Notes: a model not told the origin generated them from the sequence alone. Counted from the stretch's first letter, positions 9,463-22,031 are shown. The stretch: DNA of 64,000 nucleotides from an uncultured Gemmatimonadales bacterium (GCA_963851265.1 CAWKNZ010000003.1:128001-192000); one strand, 5' to 3'. Made by a program: numbers and translations.

Positions 9463-10844
9463 ACGGCCGCGTCACGCCGGCCGTCGGCATGCCGTGGGTG
9501 AACACGCCCGGCGACGCCGCCGGCATCATGCGCGCGCTGGCCGTGGTCCCGCGCCTCGCCACGTACGGCAAGGTGACGCGCGTCGTGGGCCTCGTCATCG
9601 AGGCGGCCGGGTTGGACGTCGGGCTCGGCGAGTTGTGCCGCATCACGTCGCTCACCGGTGATCGCTCGGTGCTGGCCGAGGTGGTAGGGTTTCACCAGGG
9701 CGGCGTGCTCCTCATGCCGCTCGGCGAGATGGACGGGCTGCATCCGGGGAGTGCGGTGCGCGCGCTGGGCCGGTCGTTCGGCGTCGACGTCGGCGCGGGC
9801 CTGCTCGGCCGCGTGCTCAACGGACTCGGCCACCCCATCGACGGCCTCGGGAAGCTCGACGTCAACGAGCGCGTCCCGCTCTCCGCCGAGCCGCCCAACC
9901 CGCTCGCGCGCGAGATGGTCGGCGAGGTGCTCGAGACCGGCGTGCGCGCCATCGACGGGTGCCTCACGTTCGGTAGAGGGCAACGCGTCGGGATCTTCGC
10001 CGGCTCGGGGGTGGGCAAGAGCACGCTCCTCGGGATGATCGCGCGCCAGGCGCGCGCCGACGTGAACGTGATCGCGCTACTCGGCGAGCGCGGGCGCGAG
10101 GTGCGCGAGTTCATCGAGCACTCGTTAGGCCCCGAAGGGCTCGCCCGCTCGGTGCTCGTCGTGGCGACCGGCGATCAGGCGGCGCTCGTGCGCGCCCGCG
10201 GCGCGCTCGTCGCGACGGCGATCGCGGAATACTTCCGCGACCAGGGCAAGCAGGTGCTGCTGATGGTCGACTCGGTGACGCGCGTCGCGATGGCGTGGCG
10301 CGAGATCGGCCTCGCCGTCGGCGAGCCGCCGACGACCAAGGGGTACCCGCCGAGCGTGTTCGCCGCGTTGCCGCGGCTGCTCGAACGCGCCGGCAACGGC
10401 GAGCGCGGAGGGATCACGGGCATCTACACCGTGCTCGTCGACGGCGACGACTTCAACGAGCCCGTGGCCGACGCGGCGCGCTCGATCCTCGACGGGCACG
10501 TCGTGCTCACGCGCAAGCTCGCGGCGGCCGGGCACTTCCCGGCGATCGACGTGCTCGACTCCAAGAGCCGCGTGCGCGACCAGATCATCCCGCCCGACCA
10601 GCGCACCGCGGCCAACATGCTGCTGAAGATCGAAGCGGCCTACCGGGAGAAGGAGGATCTGATCCTCGTCGGCGCGTACCAGAAGGGCAGCGACCCGCTG
10701 GTCGACGCCGCGGTCGCGCTCCGCGAGCAGGCGCTCGGCTTCTTCCAGCAGCGACCCGACGAGAGCTCGCCGCTGACGACGACGCGCGCCGCGCTCCGGC
10801 ACCTCAACGTGCAGATCGATGGGTCGACGCGTCGCGCCGCATGA
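9459..10844 (+). CDS. fliI: Flagellar export ATPase FliI
   Basis: GQRVGIFAGSGVGKS, GERGREV, DSVTR, GEPPTTKGYPPS; GTG overlaps fliH stop. Confidence 0.96.
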   Translation: MNGRVTPAVGMPWVNTPGDAAGIMRALAVVPRLATYGKVTRVVGLVIEAAGLDVGLGELCRITSLTGDRSVLAEVVGFHQGGVLLMPLGEMDGLHPGSAVRALGRSFGVDVGAGLLGRVLNGLGHPIDGLGKLDVNERVPLSAEPPNPLAREMVGEVLETGVRAIDGCLTFGRGQRVGIFAGSGVGKSTLLGMIARQARADVNVIALLGERGREVREFIEHSLGPEGLARSVLVVATGDQAALVRARGALVATAIAEYFRDQGKQVLLMVDSVTRVAMAWREIGLAVGEPPTTKGYPPSVFAALPRLLERAGNGERGGITGIYTVLVDGDDFNEPVADAARSILDGHVVLTRKLAAAGHFPAIDVLDSKSRVRDQIIPPDQRTAANMLLKIEAAYREKEDLILVGAYQKGSDPLVDAAVALREQALGFFQQRPDESSPLTTTRAALRHLNVQIDGSTRRAA

Positions 10845-10893
10845 CGACGGCCACGCGCCGTGACGCCGGGCTCGCGCCGCCCGTCCTGACCAC

Positions 10894-11349
10894 GTGTTCC
10901 GCTTTCCCCTCCAACGTGTGCTCGATCTTCGCGAGCGCCAGCAACGCGACGCCGCCGCGGCGCTCGCCTCCGCCCAGGATGTGGCCGACGCCGCACGCCG
11001 CGCCGAGGACGCGGTGCTGAACGCGCGCGCCGAGCTCGCGGCCGTCGGTGCGGCGCACAGCGCCGGCCTGCCGGTTGGCGCGCTGCGCACGACGGCGTTC
11101 CTGCTCGCCCGAATGGACGAGGAGGTGCATGCCGCCGGCGCAGCCGCCGACGCCGCCGCGGCGGCCGTCTCGGACCGCGAGCGCGCCCTCCATACCGCCT
11201 ACCGCGACCGCCGCGCCCTCGACCGGCTGCGCGAACGCCACCACGCGGCGTGGCAGCACGGCGCCGTCACGACCGACCGGCAGAACATGGACGAGATCGC
11301 GCTGACGCGGTTCACGCAGCGCGCGGTCCGCCCCGCCGGCGGCGCCTGA
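10894..11349 (+). CDS. fliJ: Flagellar export protein FliJ
   Basis: FRFPLQRVLDLRE N-terminus, coiled coil, QNMDEIA C-terminus; follows fliI. Confidence 0.88.
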   Translation: MFRFPLQRVLDLRERQQRDAAAALASAQDVADAARRAEDAVLNARAELAAVGAAHSAGLPVGALRTTAFLLARMDEEVHAAGAAADAAAAAVSDRERALHTAYRDRRALDRLRERHHAAWQHGAVTTDRQNMDEIALTRFTQRAVRPAGGA

Positions 11350-11398
11350 GCGCCGCCGCCCCGCCCCTTCTCCTTCCCGCGTTCCCCCGCCCCCGCGC

Positions 11399-12108
11399 AT
11401 GCTCCGCCTCATCATGCCCCTCCTCGTCGGGTTCCTGACCGGCCTGAGCGGAGCCACGATCGCCGTCGTGCAGCGTGCCAAGCACGCCGTCGCGCCGTTA
11501 GGCACGGCGCCGGCGGCCGTCGGCGCCGCGGGCCGCTCGGGCGCGACGCCGGCCGCGGCGTCCGCGACCGCGGGAGTCGCCCCCACGCCAACCGCCGCCG
11601 GCGAAGCCGTCGGCGCGCACGGCGAGGCCCCGGTCGCGGCGGAAGTCGCCGACGCACCGCCGGCCGCGAACGCGCCCGCGGCGGATCCACACGCCGCGGC
11701 CGCGCACCCCGCCGAGACCCGCCCGGCCGACGCGCACGTCGCCGCGACGGCGGCGGCGCTGCGCGCCCGGGCAGGGCGCGCGGCGCGCGCGGCACACGAG
11801 GCGCCGGCGCACCCGGGAACCGACGCCCCGACCAAGGCCCCAGCGCCGGCCGCGTCGACGGGCGAGTCGGCGCGGCCCGCCAGCGACCCCGCATCCGGGC
11901 CGCCCGAGCGGCGGCTCGCGAAGTATTTCGGCGCGATGCCGCCGAAGGACGCCGCGAAGATCCTGGAGCAGATGGACGATCGTGACATCCAGACGATCCT
12001 CGGCTACGTCGGCGACCGCCAGGCCGCTGCGATCCTCGGCAACCTCTCGGCGCCGCGCGCGGCGGCGGTCGGGCGCGCAACGCTGCGCACACCGGTCAAA
12101 GGCCGTTG

Positions 12109-12109
<1 letters not shown>
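11399..12109 (+). CDS. MotE/FlbB-like flagellar protein with MgtE N-terminal-like C-terminal domain
   Basis: N-terminal TM, Ala/Pro linker, RLAKYFGAMPPKDAAKILEQMDD..AAAILGNL; usual position after fliJ. Confidence 0.75.
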
Positions 12110-14332
<2,223 letters not shown>

Positions 14333-14405
14333 CCCGCCGCCTCTCACCGTCGTTCCCCCCGCGCGCCCCGAGGCGGCGGGTCGTTTCTCCCCCGTCCCCA
14401 ACAAC

Positions 14406-14771
14406 ATGCAGCTCCGCCCTCTCAGCGCGGCCGTCGGCTCGGTCGCGACGCCGCCCAGCGCGCCCGCCGCCCCGACCACGCCCAAGGTCACCACGCCCAC
14501 CAGCTCGAGCCCCGGTGGCGCGATGGGGAAAGATCAGTTCCTCCAGCTGCTGGTCGCGCAGATGAAGAACCAGGATCCGGAAAGCCCGATGGACGGCACG
14601 CAGATGGCCGCCCAACTCGCGCAGTTCTCGACCGTCGAGCAGCTGCAGAACGCGAACGACACGCTGACGCAGATCGCGAGCGCGGTCCGCGTTGCGAACG
14701 GCACCACGAGCACGTCCTCCACCGGCGGCTCCACGTCGACCGGCGACACCACGCCGACGACCAGCGCCTAA
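14406..14771 (+). CDS. flgD: Flagellar hook capping protein FlgD (N-terminal domain only)
   Basis: MGKDQFLQLLVAQMKNQDPESPMDGTQMAAQLAQFSTVEQL. Confidence 0.93.
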   Translation: MQLRPLSAAVGSVATPPSAPAAPTTPKVTTPTSSSPGGAMGKDQFLQLLVAQMKNQDPESPMDGTQMAAQLAQFSTVEQLQNANDTLTQIASAVRVANGTTSTSSTGGSTSTGDTTPTTSA

Positions 14772-14893
14772 CACTTCCCGCGCGGCCCGCCGCGCGCGTC
14801 CGGCCGCCCGCCGGGCCGGTCATCCGTCGCGCGCCCAGACGCCCACGCGGGGCGCCCGCGCGCGACGCCACACCCTCCGCCTCACCCCGCCCG

Positions 14894-16459
14894 ATGCTGC
14901 GCTCCCTCTTCGACGGCGTTTCCGGTTTGCGCGCTCAGCAGACCCGTCTTGATGTTATCGGCAACAACATCGCCAACGTTAACACCGTCGCTTTCAAGGC
15001 CGGCCGCGTCACCTTCAAGGAAGGCTTCGCGCAGTTGCTCCAGGGCGCGAGCCGCCCGCCGGGCGACGAGGGCGGGACGGACCCGATCCAGATCGGCCTC
15101 GGGACCCAGATCGGGTCGATCGACCAGCAGTTCACGCAGGGCAACCTCGAGACGACGGGCAACGCCACCGACCTCGCGATCCAGGGGAACTCGCTGTTCG
15201 TCGTCCGGAAGGGCGCGCAGAGCTCCTACACCCGGGCGGGCAACTTCCAGCTCGATGCGACCGGCAAGCTCGTGTCCCCGACGAACGGGTTCGTCGTGCA
15301 GGGCGAGATGTACCAGAACGGCGTGCCGCAGAACAACGGCATCCACGACATCCAGATCCCCTTCGGGCAGAAGATCGCGGCGAAGGCCACCACCAGCGCC
15401 ACGCTCGGCGGCAACCTCGACGCGTCCGCGGCGCAGGTCCCGGCCGGGTTCGACATCGCGAGCGCGACCGACCGGGCGGCGAACCCGACCTCCTACACCG
15501 AGACGTCGCTCACCACCTACGACTCGCTCGGCAACCAGCACAACGTCAAGATCCAGACGTACAAGACCGGGCCGAACGAGTGGGCGTGGCGCCTGGATCC
15601 GACGTCGCCGACGGTGAGCGTCCCGACGACGATCGGCGCGGCCGACTCGAACGGCGCGCACCACTTCTCGATCCCGGCAGTGCCGGCCGGCGAGACCGTG
15701 ACGATGGCCGGCCTAACGACTTCGAGCGGCCAGGCGGTCGACCCGTCCGCGATCAGCTACGACGCGACCACGAACGACTACGTGATCGCGGCGAGCGTGA
15801 ACCTGAACGGGAACCAGTCGGCGACGGCCACGTATTCGATCATGCCGACCGCGCCGGCGGACGCGAGCGGCAAGCCGAGCACCGACCCGTCGACGTACAA
15901 GGGGATCAACGGCGGCGTGTTCTCGTTCGACACGCAGGGGAACCTCGACCCGACGAAGTCGGACATGCCGGTCCTCAAGTTCTCGATCCCGGGCGCGGAC
16001 GACGTCAGCGTGAAGCTGAACCTCGGCGGCGGGGCGTCGGGGCTGACGCAGTTCGCGACGGCCTCGACGGCCGTGCTCCGCGACCAGAACGGCTTCACCG
16101 GCGGCACCTTGCAGAACTTCTCGATCGACCGCTTCGGCGGCATCAACGGCGCCTATTCGAACGGCACGACGGAGCCGATCGGCCGGATCGTGCTCGCCGA
16201 CTTCAACAACGAGGCCGGCCTGCTGCGCACGGGCGACAACATGTACCAGGAGTCGGCGAACTCCGGCGGTCCGGTCCTCGGCTACGCGGGCGAAGGCAGC
16301 CAGTCGGAGGTCACGGCCGGCGCGACGGAGATGTCGAACGTCGACCTCGCGCAGGAGTTCACGAACATGATCGTCGCGCAGCGCGCCTTCCAGGCCAACG
16401 GCAAGGTCATCACGACGAGTGACCAGATGCTGCAGGAGCTGATGCAGGTGAAGCAGTAA
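14894..16459 (+). CDS. flgE: Flagellar hook protein FlgE
   Basis: GVSGL..IGNNIANVNT, DLAIQG, YTRAGNF, YDSLG, EMSNVDLAQEFTNMIVAQRAFQAN. Confidence 0.96.
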   Translation: MLRSLFDGVSGLRAQQTRLDVIGNNIANVNTVAFKAGRVTFKEGFAQLLQGASRPPGDEGGTDPIQIGLGTQIGSIDQQFTQGNLETTGNATDLAIQGNSLFVVRKGAQSSYTRAGNFQLDATGKLVSPTNGFVVQGEMYQNGVPQNNGIHDIQIPFGQKIAAKATTSATLGGNLDASAAQVPAGFDIASATDRAANPTSYTETSLTTYDSLGNQHNVKIQTYKTGPNEWAWRLDPTSPTVSVPTTIGAADSNGAHHFSIPAVPAGETVTMAGLTTSSGQAVDPSAISYDATTNDYVIAASVNLNGNQSATATYSIMPTAPADASGKPSTDPSTYKGINGGVFSFDTQGNLDPTKSDMPVLKFSIPGADDVSVKLNLGGGASGLTQFATASTAVLRDQNGFTGGTLQNFSIDRFGGINGAYSNGTTEPIGRIVLADFNNEAGLLRTGDNMYQESANSGGPVLGYAGEGSQSEVTAGATEMSNVDLAQEFTNMIVAQRAFQANGKVITTSDQMLQELMQVKQ

Positions 16460-16496
16460 ACGCCCGCCCCGGCACGGCCCGGGGCGCGCATCACAG

Positions 16497-16634
16497 CGGC
16501 AATTCTGGCCATGCGCCGGGCGGCAGACGTTGCCGTCCGGCGCGTTCGTTCGTCCGGCTGGCGCGCCGTCGGACATGCGTAAGTGTTTCACAGACAATGG
16601 GTTACGCACATCTCGACGATGGCACCGCCCCTGC
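16497..16634 (+). promoter_or_regulatory. Putative sigma-54 promoter of fliL operon
   Basis: CGGCA-ATTCT-GGCCA 16497, CGGCA-GACGT-TGCCG 16521, 25-bp element 16580-16604, TGGCAC-CGCCCC-TGC 16620-16634. Confidence 0.72.
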
Positions 16635-16678
16635 TTTCTGCGGTCGCGCCCCGCCCTCCCCCTTCTGCCGCCCCGCCC

Positions 16679-17272
16679 GTGTCCGCCGAAGCTCCCTCTC
16701 CTGAAGCCACCGAGCAGCCGCCCACCGGTGCCGGCGGCGCGAAGCCGCTGCCCGTGATCCTCGCCATCGTCGCCGGACTCGCGCTCGGTGCCGGGGCGGG
16801 CGCGTTCGGCGTCGGGCCCGCGCTCGCGAGCGGGATCGTGCCGTCCGCGCCTGCCGCGCACGCCAAACATCACGCGAAGGCGGACGAGGCCGACAGCAGC
16901 GAGGCAGACACCCCCGAGGACGAGGCGGGCGACGCGGCTGCCGACAAGAAGGGCGGAAAGGAAGGTGCGACCGCGTCGGTCTACACCATCGACAACCTCG
17001 TGCTCAACCCGGCCGGCTCGGGCGGCACGCGCTTCCTGCTGCTCTCGATCGCGTTCGAGATGAAGGACGCGGCGGCGCTCGAGTCGCTCAAGTCGCGCGA
17101 CGCGGAGCTGCGCGACGCCATCCTCGTCACACTCGGGGCCAAGACGGTCGAGCAGCTCTCGGACATGGTCTCGCGCGACTCGTTGAAGACCGAGCTGCGC
17201 GCGGCGACGGCGAAGGCGCTCCACACGCGCGGCGTACGACGCGTGTACTTCCCGCAGTTCGTCATTCAGTAG
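16679..17272 (+). CDS. fliL: Flagellar basal body-associated protein FliL
   Basis: TM segment, LVLNPAGSGGTRFL, LRDAIL, VYFPQFVIQ; GTG start chosen downstream of the sigma-54 site. Confidence 0.9.
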   Translation: MSAEAPSPEATEQPPTGAGGAKPLPVILAIVAGLALGAGAGAFGVGPALASGIVPSAPAAHAKHHAKADEADSSEADTPEDEAGDAAADKKGGKEGATASVYTIDNLVLNPAGSGGTRFLLLSIAFEMKDAAALESLKSRDAELRDAILVTLGAKTVEQLSDMVSRDSLKTELRAATAKALHTRGVRRVYFPQFVIQ

Positions 17273-17285
17273 GCCCGGCCGCGCG

Positions 17286-18308
17286 ATGAAGTCGATTTCG
17301 CAGAACGACATCGACCGCCTGCTCGGCAGTACCGGCGGCGCGATGTCGCAGTCGGCTCCGGCGGCCGGCGGTTCGGGAGCCGCGTTCGACATGGATGCGG
17401 ACGTGCAGGCGTACGACTTCCGCCGCCCGCACCGCGTCAGCAAGGAGCGCCTCCGAACGCTCGAGGCGATGTACGAGCGCATGGTCAAGGCGCTCGAGGG
17501 GTGGCTCATCTCGCGCGTGCGCGGCAACGTCGAGATGCGCCTGCAGAACGTCGAACAGTTCACCTTCGGCGAGTTCACGCAGTCGCTCCCCACGCCGAGC
17601 GCCACCTACATCTTCGAGGTGCTGAACTCGGGCGGGGCGCAGGGCGTGGTGGACGTCGGCGGCGAGCTCGCGTACTTCCTCGTCGATCGCCTGTTCGGCG
17701 GCAGCGGCCAGTCGACGATTCTCACCCGCGCGTTGTCGCCCGTGGAGCGTCTCGCGTTGCGCACCGTGGCCGAGCGCACGTGCCAGCTGCTGGAGGAGAT
17801 CTGGCAGGACCACGTGCCGCTCACGCTCGGCGTGACCGGGTTCGAGTCGAGCCCCGAGATCCTGCAGATCGCCAACCGCGAGGACCCGGTGCTCGTGGCG
17901 AACGTCGAGGTGAACGTCGGGCAGGCCAGCTCGCTGCTGCTCGTCTGTCTGCCGTTCGCCGTGCTGGAGAAGTTCTTCCAGGGCACCGGCCAGCGCCGAG
18001 CGAGTGGCTCGGCGGGCACGGAGCGCGAGCGCGACGAGGCGCGCGAACGGGCCGAGCGGGCCTTGCGCGCCACGCCGGTACCCGTGTCGGCGCGGCTGCC
18101 GGCGTTCAACCTCTCGCTCCGCGAGCTCGCCGCGCTCGTGCCGGGCGAGGTGCTCGCCACGGGCGTGCCGCGCGACGCCGAGCTGCTGGTGCTCGTCGGC
18201 GGGCGCCCCCGCTATACCGGATCGCCGGGCCGCATCGGGCGCCGGCTCGCGGTGCGCCTGCACGACCTCGCCGCGCCCGCGGGCGCCGGCGACGAGCCCG
18301 ATGCCTGA
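17286..18308 (+). CDS. fliM: Flagellar motor switch protein FliM
   Basis: SISQNDIDRLL, YDFRRP, VDRLFGG, SpoA-like C-terminus. Confidence 0.94.
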   Translation: MKSISQNDIDRLLGSTGGAMSQSAPAAGGSGAAFDMDADVQAYDFRRPHRVSKERLRTLEAMYERMVKALEGWLISRVRGNVEMRLQNVEQFTFGEFTQSLPTPSATYIFEVLNSGGAQGVVDVGGELAYFLVDRLFGGSGQSTILTRALSPVERLALRTVAERTCQLLEEIWQDHVPLTLGVTGFESSPEILQIANREDPVLVANVEVNVGQASSLLLVCLPFAVLEKFFQGTGQRRASGSAGTERERDEARERAERALRATPVPVSARLPAFNLSLRELAALVPGEVLATGVPRDAELLVLVGGRPRYTGSPGRIGRRLAVRLHDLAAPAGAGDEPDA

Positions 18309-18347
18309 CGCCATCCCAGTTCCCCCGCCTTTCTTCCTGCCCCCCGG

Positions 18348-18746
18348 ATGAACCCCGCAGAGATCGACGCGCTCGTCGCGAGCGTGCAGGCCGCGAAGGC
18401 CAGCGGCCAGCCGGTCGCCCCACCGGCCCCGCCCCCCCCGGCCAGCTACGACCCGGACTTCGGCACCACGCCAGCGTCCGGCGGCAGCGAGATCCCGTTA
18501 GGCATGATCTTCGACCTCTCGCTGCCCGTCTCGATCGAGCTCGGGCGGACGTCGATGACCGTGCAGGAAATCCTGCGTCTCGGGCGCGGGTCGGTGATTC
18601 AGCTCGACCGCCTCGCGGGCGAGCCGATCGACATCTACGTCGGCGAGCGCAAGTTCGCCGAGGGCGAAGTGGTGGTGCTCGGCGAGCACTTCGGCGTGCG
18701 GATCGTGCGGATCTTCGCCGGGGCGACGTCGGCGCTCGCGGCGTGA
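18348..18746 (+). CDS. fliN: Flagellar motor switch protein FliN
   Basis: VSIELGRT..GSVIQLDRLAGEPIDIYV..AEGEVVV..FGVRI. Confidence 0.94.
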   Translation: MNPAEIDALVASVQAAKASGQPVAPPAPPPPASYDPDFGTTPASGGSEIPLGMIFDLSLPVSIELGRTSMTVQEILRLGRGSVIQLDRLAGEPIDIYVGERKFAEGEVVVLGEHFGVRIVRIFAGATSALAA

Positions 18747-18783
18747 CCGGCCCCGCCACGTCCAGGCTCGACATGTCCGCGCG

Positions 18784-20328
18784 ATGACGCCAAGCGCGGT
18801 CGCCGGCGTGCTCGTCGCGCTCGGTGCGGTGCTCGCCCTCATGCTCGCCACGCTCCGGCTGCTGCAGCGTTTCGCGCCCGCGGCGTCGGGTGGGCGCGCA
18901 CGGCTGCCGCTCGAAGTCGTGCAGCGGCTCTCGCTCGGGCCCAAGCAGGGCGTCGCGGTGGTCCGGGTAGGCGCGCGAGTGCTGGTGCTCGGAACGGGCG
19001 AGGGCGGCGTGCAGGCGATCGCTGAGCTGGACGGCGACGACCTTGCGGGCGTGCTCGCGGCGGCGTCGGCATCGACGCCCGGCGTGCCGGCCATCGGCGG
19101 TCTCACCGGTGCGCGCTTCGGCGAGGCGCTGCGGACGGCGCTCACGCGCGGCGCCGCTCAGGGTTCGCGCGTCGCGGGCGTGCTCGTGCTTGCGGCCGCG
19201 CTGGCGCGCGCTGGCAGGGCGCAGGTGCCGGCGCGCCCCGCGGCCGGGTCCGCGCCCGCGTCCGCGTCCGCGCCGGCCGTGGTCCCGGCCGCCGCAACCG
19301 GTGCGCCCGGCGCGACCGCGCCGGCCGCCCTCCCCACCTCGACGCAGAACGCGCTCGTGCAGAGCGCGCTCCGTCAGGCCGCGCTGCGCCAGCAGGCGGT
19401 GCAGCAGGTCACGCGCGCCGCGCCGGCGCGCCTCGGCGTCGGCGCGCCGACCGTGGCGGGCGCGCCCGCGACGGTGGGTCCGACGGCGCCCGGTGTGCCC
19501 GCCAGGCCGAGCCCGACGCCGCCGGCGCTCCCCGGACCCGCGGCCGGGTTTGCCGCGCGCCCCCCGTCGGGTACCGCCCCGCCCCCGCCGACGAGCGTCG
19601 TCACCGTCGACACGATGGTCGCCAGGCTCGCGCCGACCATGGACGTGCGCGTGGGCGGCGGCGCCGGTGCGGCGCAGGGACTCCGCCTGAGCGGAACGGT
19701 CGGCGTCGTCGTGATGCTCGGGCTGCTCACGCTGCTGCCCTCGCTCGTCCTGATGATGACGGGGTTCACGCGCATCCTCGTCGTCCTGCAGTTCCTCAAA
19801 CAGGCGCTCGGCACGCAGACCGCGCCGCCCAACCAGCTCGTCGCGGGGCTCGCCCTGTTGCTCACGGGTTTCGTGATGGCGCCGACGGTGGGCGAGATCA
19901 ACCGCACGGCGCTGCAGCCCTGGCTCGGTGGGCAGATCCAGCAGGTCGAGATGCTCGAGCGCGGCGCGAAGCCGCTGCGCGCGTTCATGCTGCGGCAGAC
20001 GCGCGAGCGCGACCTCGAAACCTTTCTCGACCTCAGCCGTGCGCGCGAGGACAGCGCGGCCGTCGCGCCGCGCACGCCCGACGACGTGCCGCTCGTCGTG
20101 CTCACGTCCGCGTTCGTGACGAGCGAGCTCCGCACCTCCTTTCAGCTCGGCTTCGCGCTCTTCCTGCCGTTCATCGTCATCGACGTCGTGGTGAGCGCGG
20201 TACTGACGAGCATGGGGATGATGATGCTCCCCCCGGCGATGGTGTCGCTCCCGTTCAAGTTGCTGCTCTTCGTGCTCGTCGACGGGTGGACCCTCGTCGT
20301 GCAGTCGCTCGTGCAAAGTTTTCGTTAA
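18784..20328 (+). CDS. fliP: FliO-FliP fusion protein
   Basis: N-terminal FliO (LEVVQRLSLGPKQGVAVVRVG); C-terminal FliP (MMTGFTRI, PPNQ, SELRTSFQLG, MMMLPP..KLLLFVLVDGW); one uninterrupted frame. Confidence 0.92.
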   Translation: MTPSAVAGVLVALGAVLALMLATLRLLQRFAPAASGGRARLPLEVVQRLSLGPKQGVAVVRVGARVLVLGTGEGGVQAIAELDGDDLAGVLAAASASTPGVPAIGGLTGARFGEALRTALTRGAAQGSRVAGVLVLAAALARAGRAQVPARPAAGSAPASASAPAVVPAAATGAPGATAPAALPTSTQNALVQSALRQAALRQQAVQQVTRAAPARLGVGAPTVAGAPATVGPTAPGVPARPSPTPPALPGPAAGFAARPPSGTAPPPPTSVVTVDTMVARLAPTMDVRVGGGAGAAQGLRLSGTVGVVVMLGLLTLLPSLVLMMTGFTRILVVLQFLKQALGTQTAPPNQLVAGLALLLTGFVMAPTVGEINRTALQPWLGGQIQQVEMLERGAKPLRAFMLRQTRERDLETFLDLSRAREDSAAVAPRTPDDVPLVVLTSAFVTSELRTSFQLGFALFLPFIVIDVVVSAVLTSMGMMMLPPAMVSLPFKLLLFVLVDGWTLVVQSLVQSFR

Positions 20329-20431
20329 GGGGCCGGTCGAGACGTCTGCAGTCGGCCGCAGGGAGAACGGCCCGTCGGGTGTTTGCGTCTATGTAGGAGA
20401 AGTATCCCTCCACGACACACCTGGCGTTTTC

Positions 20432-21799
20432 ATGGGTTTCGACCGCACGCTCTTCCTCACGCCGTCGCCTCGGCGACGTGCCGCGCTCGGCCTCGGGGCT
20501 CTCGCGACCGCGGTCGGCATCGCCGCGTGTGGCGACTCCGCCTCGACGGCTCCGGCCCGAAACATCTCGCCGGCCGCGACGGCGTACATCGATTCCGGAC
20601 TCTCGTTCGAGAACGGCGTCTTTTACTGGTACAAGAACGTCAACTGGCCCGCCCAACGCGCCGACGTCTTCAAGGTTGCGGGTGCGGCGCAGGTGGACAG
20701 CCAGACGTGGAGCGCGATGGACACGAGCATCGTGCCGTGGCTGCAGAACGCGGATCCCGCGCCCGGTGGCGACCAGCACAGCGCGTTCTTCCCCGCGTCC
20801 GATGCGCCGGGCGTGGTGAACTCGCCCAACAACCCGATCTATCTCACGTCGGGGACGAACTTTCCGCTCAGCGGCTCGACCAACAACGTCGGGTACGTGT
20901 GGCTGCCGACGTACGACGGCACCAACGACACCGGCCGAGCGGACTCGATCCAGACGGTCATCCGCACGCTCGACCAGAGCTCGCCGTGCGGGTGGATCAT
21001 CGACCTGCGCTACAATCCGGGCGGAACGTGGGCGGCGATGCTCGACGGCATCAACCCCATCCTAGGCAACGCGCCGTACGGCAACGGCCAGCAGGGCTTC
21101 CTGAGCATCGTCGACCGTGACGGCGTGAAGTCGTACTTCTTCCTCCAGAACGGCGTGGCGGGAATCACTACCCCCGGCCAGAACGGCGGCTACGACACGG
21201 TTTACACGCGCGCGTCGAGCAACTACACGCTCAAGCGCCCGGGCTCGCCGGTGGCGATCCTGCAGGGCGACGCGACGGCGAGCGCGGGCGAGGAGATCGT
21301 GCTCGCGTTCCGCGGCGTGTCGTTCCCGGTGCGAACGTTCGGCGCAAATACCTACGGGGTGACGACCGCGCCGTACGGTGCGTACATGTACGAACTCGAC
21401 CCTGGCGCGGACAGCAGCTTCCTCAACGTCGTGGGCGCGATCGACGTCGACCGCACCGGAAAGCTGTGGGGCGGGTCGATCCCGCCAACCGTCGCGGTCA
21501 ATGGACCGTCGGGGCAGACCGTCGTTCCGGCCACGACGTCGTCGTCCGATCCGGTCGTGCAGGCCGCGACGCAGTGGCTGCAGACCCAGACCACCTGCGG
21601 TGGCACGGCCGTCTCGTCGCGCTCCGAGGTGCCGGCGCCACTGTTCAGCGTGGCGCCAGTGGCCGCCGCGCCGCGCGCGGGCGCTTCCGCGGCCGGGCCG
21701 CTCCGCCGACCGTCGAGGTACCACGTCGCGCAGGCGCCCCGCGAGCGCCTACGGGCGCGCGTGCTCGGTGGCCGGGCGCGAGTGGCCGGAGGGCGCTGA
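20432..21799 (+). CDS. S41 family peptidase, predicted lipoprotein
   Basis: Lipobox-like IAAC; WIIDLRYNPGG; TASAGE; DQHS; TFGANTYG. Confidence 0.85.
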   Translation: MGFDRTLFLTPSPRRRAALGLGALATAVGIAACGDSASTAPARNISPAATAYIDSGLSFENGVFYWYKNVNWPAQRADVFKVAGAAQVDSQTWSAMDTSIVPWLQNADPAPGGDQHSAFFPASDAPGVVNSPNNPIYLTSGTNFPLSGSTNNVGYVWLPTYDGTNDTGRADSIQTVIRTLDQSSPCGWIIDLRYNPGGTWAAMLDGINPILGNAPYGNGQQGFLSIVDRDGVKSYFFLQNGVAGITTPGQNGGYDTVYTRASSNYTLKRPGSPVAILQGDATASAGEEIVLAFRGVSFPVRTFGANTYGVTTAPYGAYMYELDPGADSSFLNVVGAIDVDRTGKLWGGSIPPTVAVNGPSGQTVVPATTSSSDPVVQAATQWLQTQTTCGGTAVSSRSEVPAPLFSVAPVAAAPRAGASAAGPLRRPSRYHVAQAPRERLRARVLGGRARVAGGR

Positions 21800-21829
21800 C
21801 CGGACATCCTCCCCACTACCGGCGCCACG

Positions 21830-21976
21830 CGGCAACGCGCGCCGGCTGCACGCGGACGAATCTGCCGGCCGGCACGGGCCGCCACGCGGGATGCATCCCG
21901 CTGGCGGCCCGTTTCGCGTTGTGGCTCAACGACTTACACCGTTCTCACGGCTCCGGGCAGACGGCACCGGCCCTGC
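21830..21976 (+). promoter_or_regulatory. Putative sigma-54 promoter of fliQ operon
   Basis: CGGCA-ACGCG-CGCCG 21830, CGGAC-GAATC-TGCCG 21853, CAACGACTTA ending 21936, CGGCAC-CGGCCC-TGC 21962-21976. Confidence 0.65.
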
Positions 21977-22031
21977 CCTACGCGCCTGTGCCTGCTCCCT
22001 CCTGCTCGACCGCCCGCCGCCCGCCACGCCC

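Noticed and set aside
16583..16678. Upstream starts for fliL (16583, 16619)
   Set aside because: They lie in or before the predicted sigma-54 promoter; GTG 16679 fits better.
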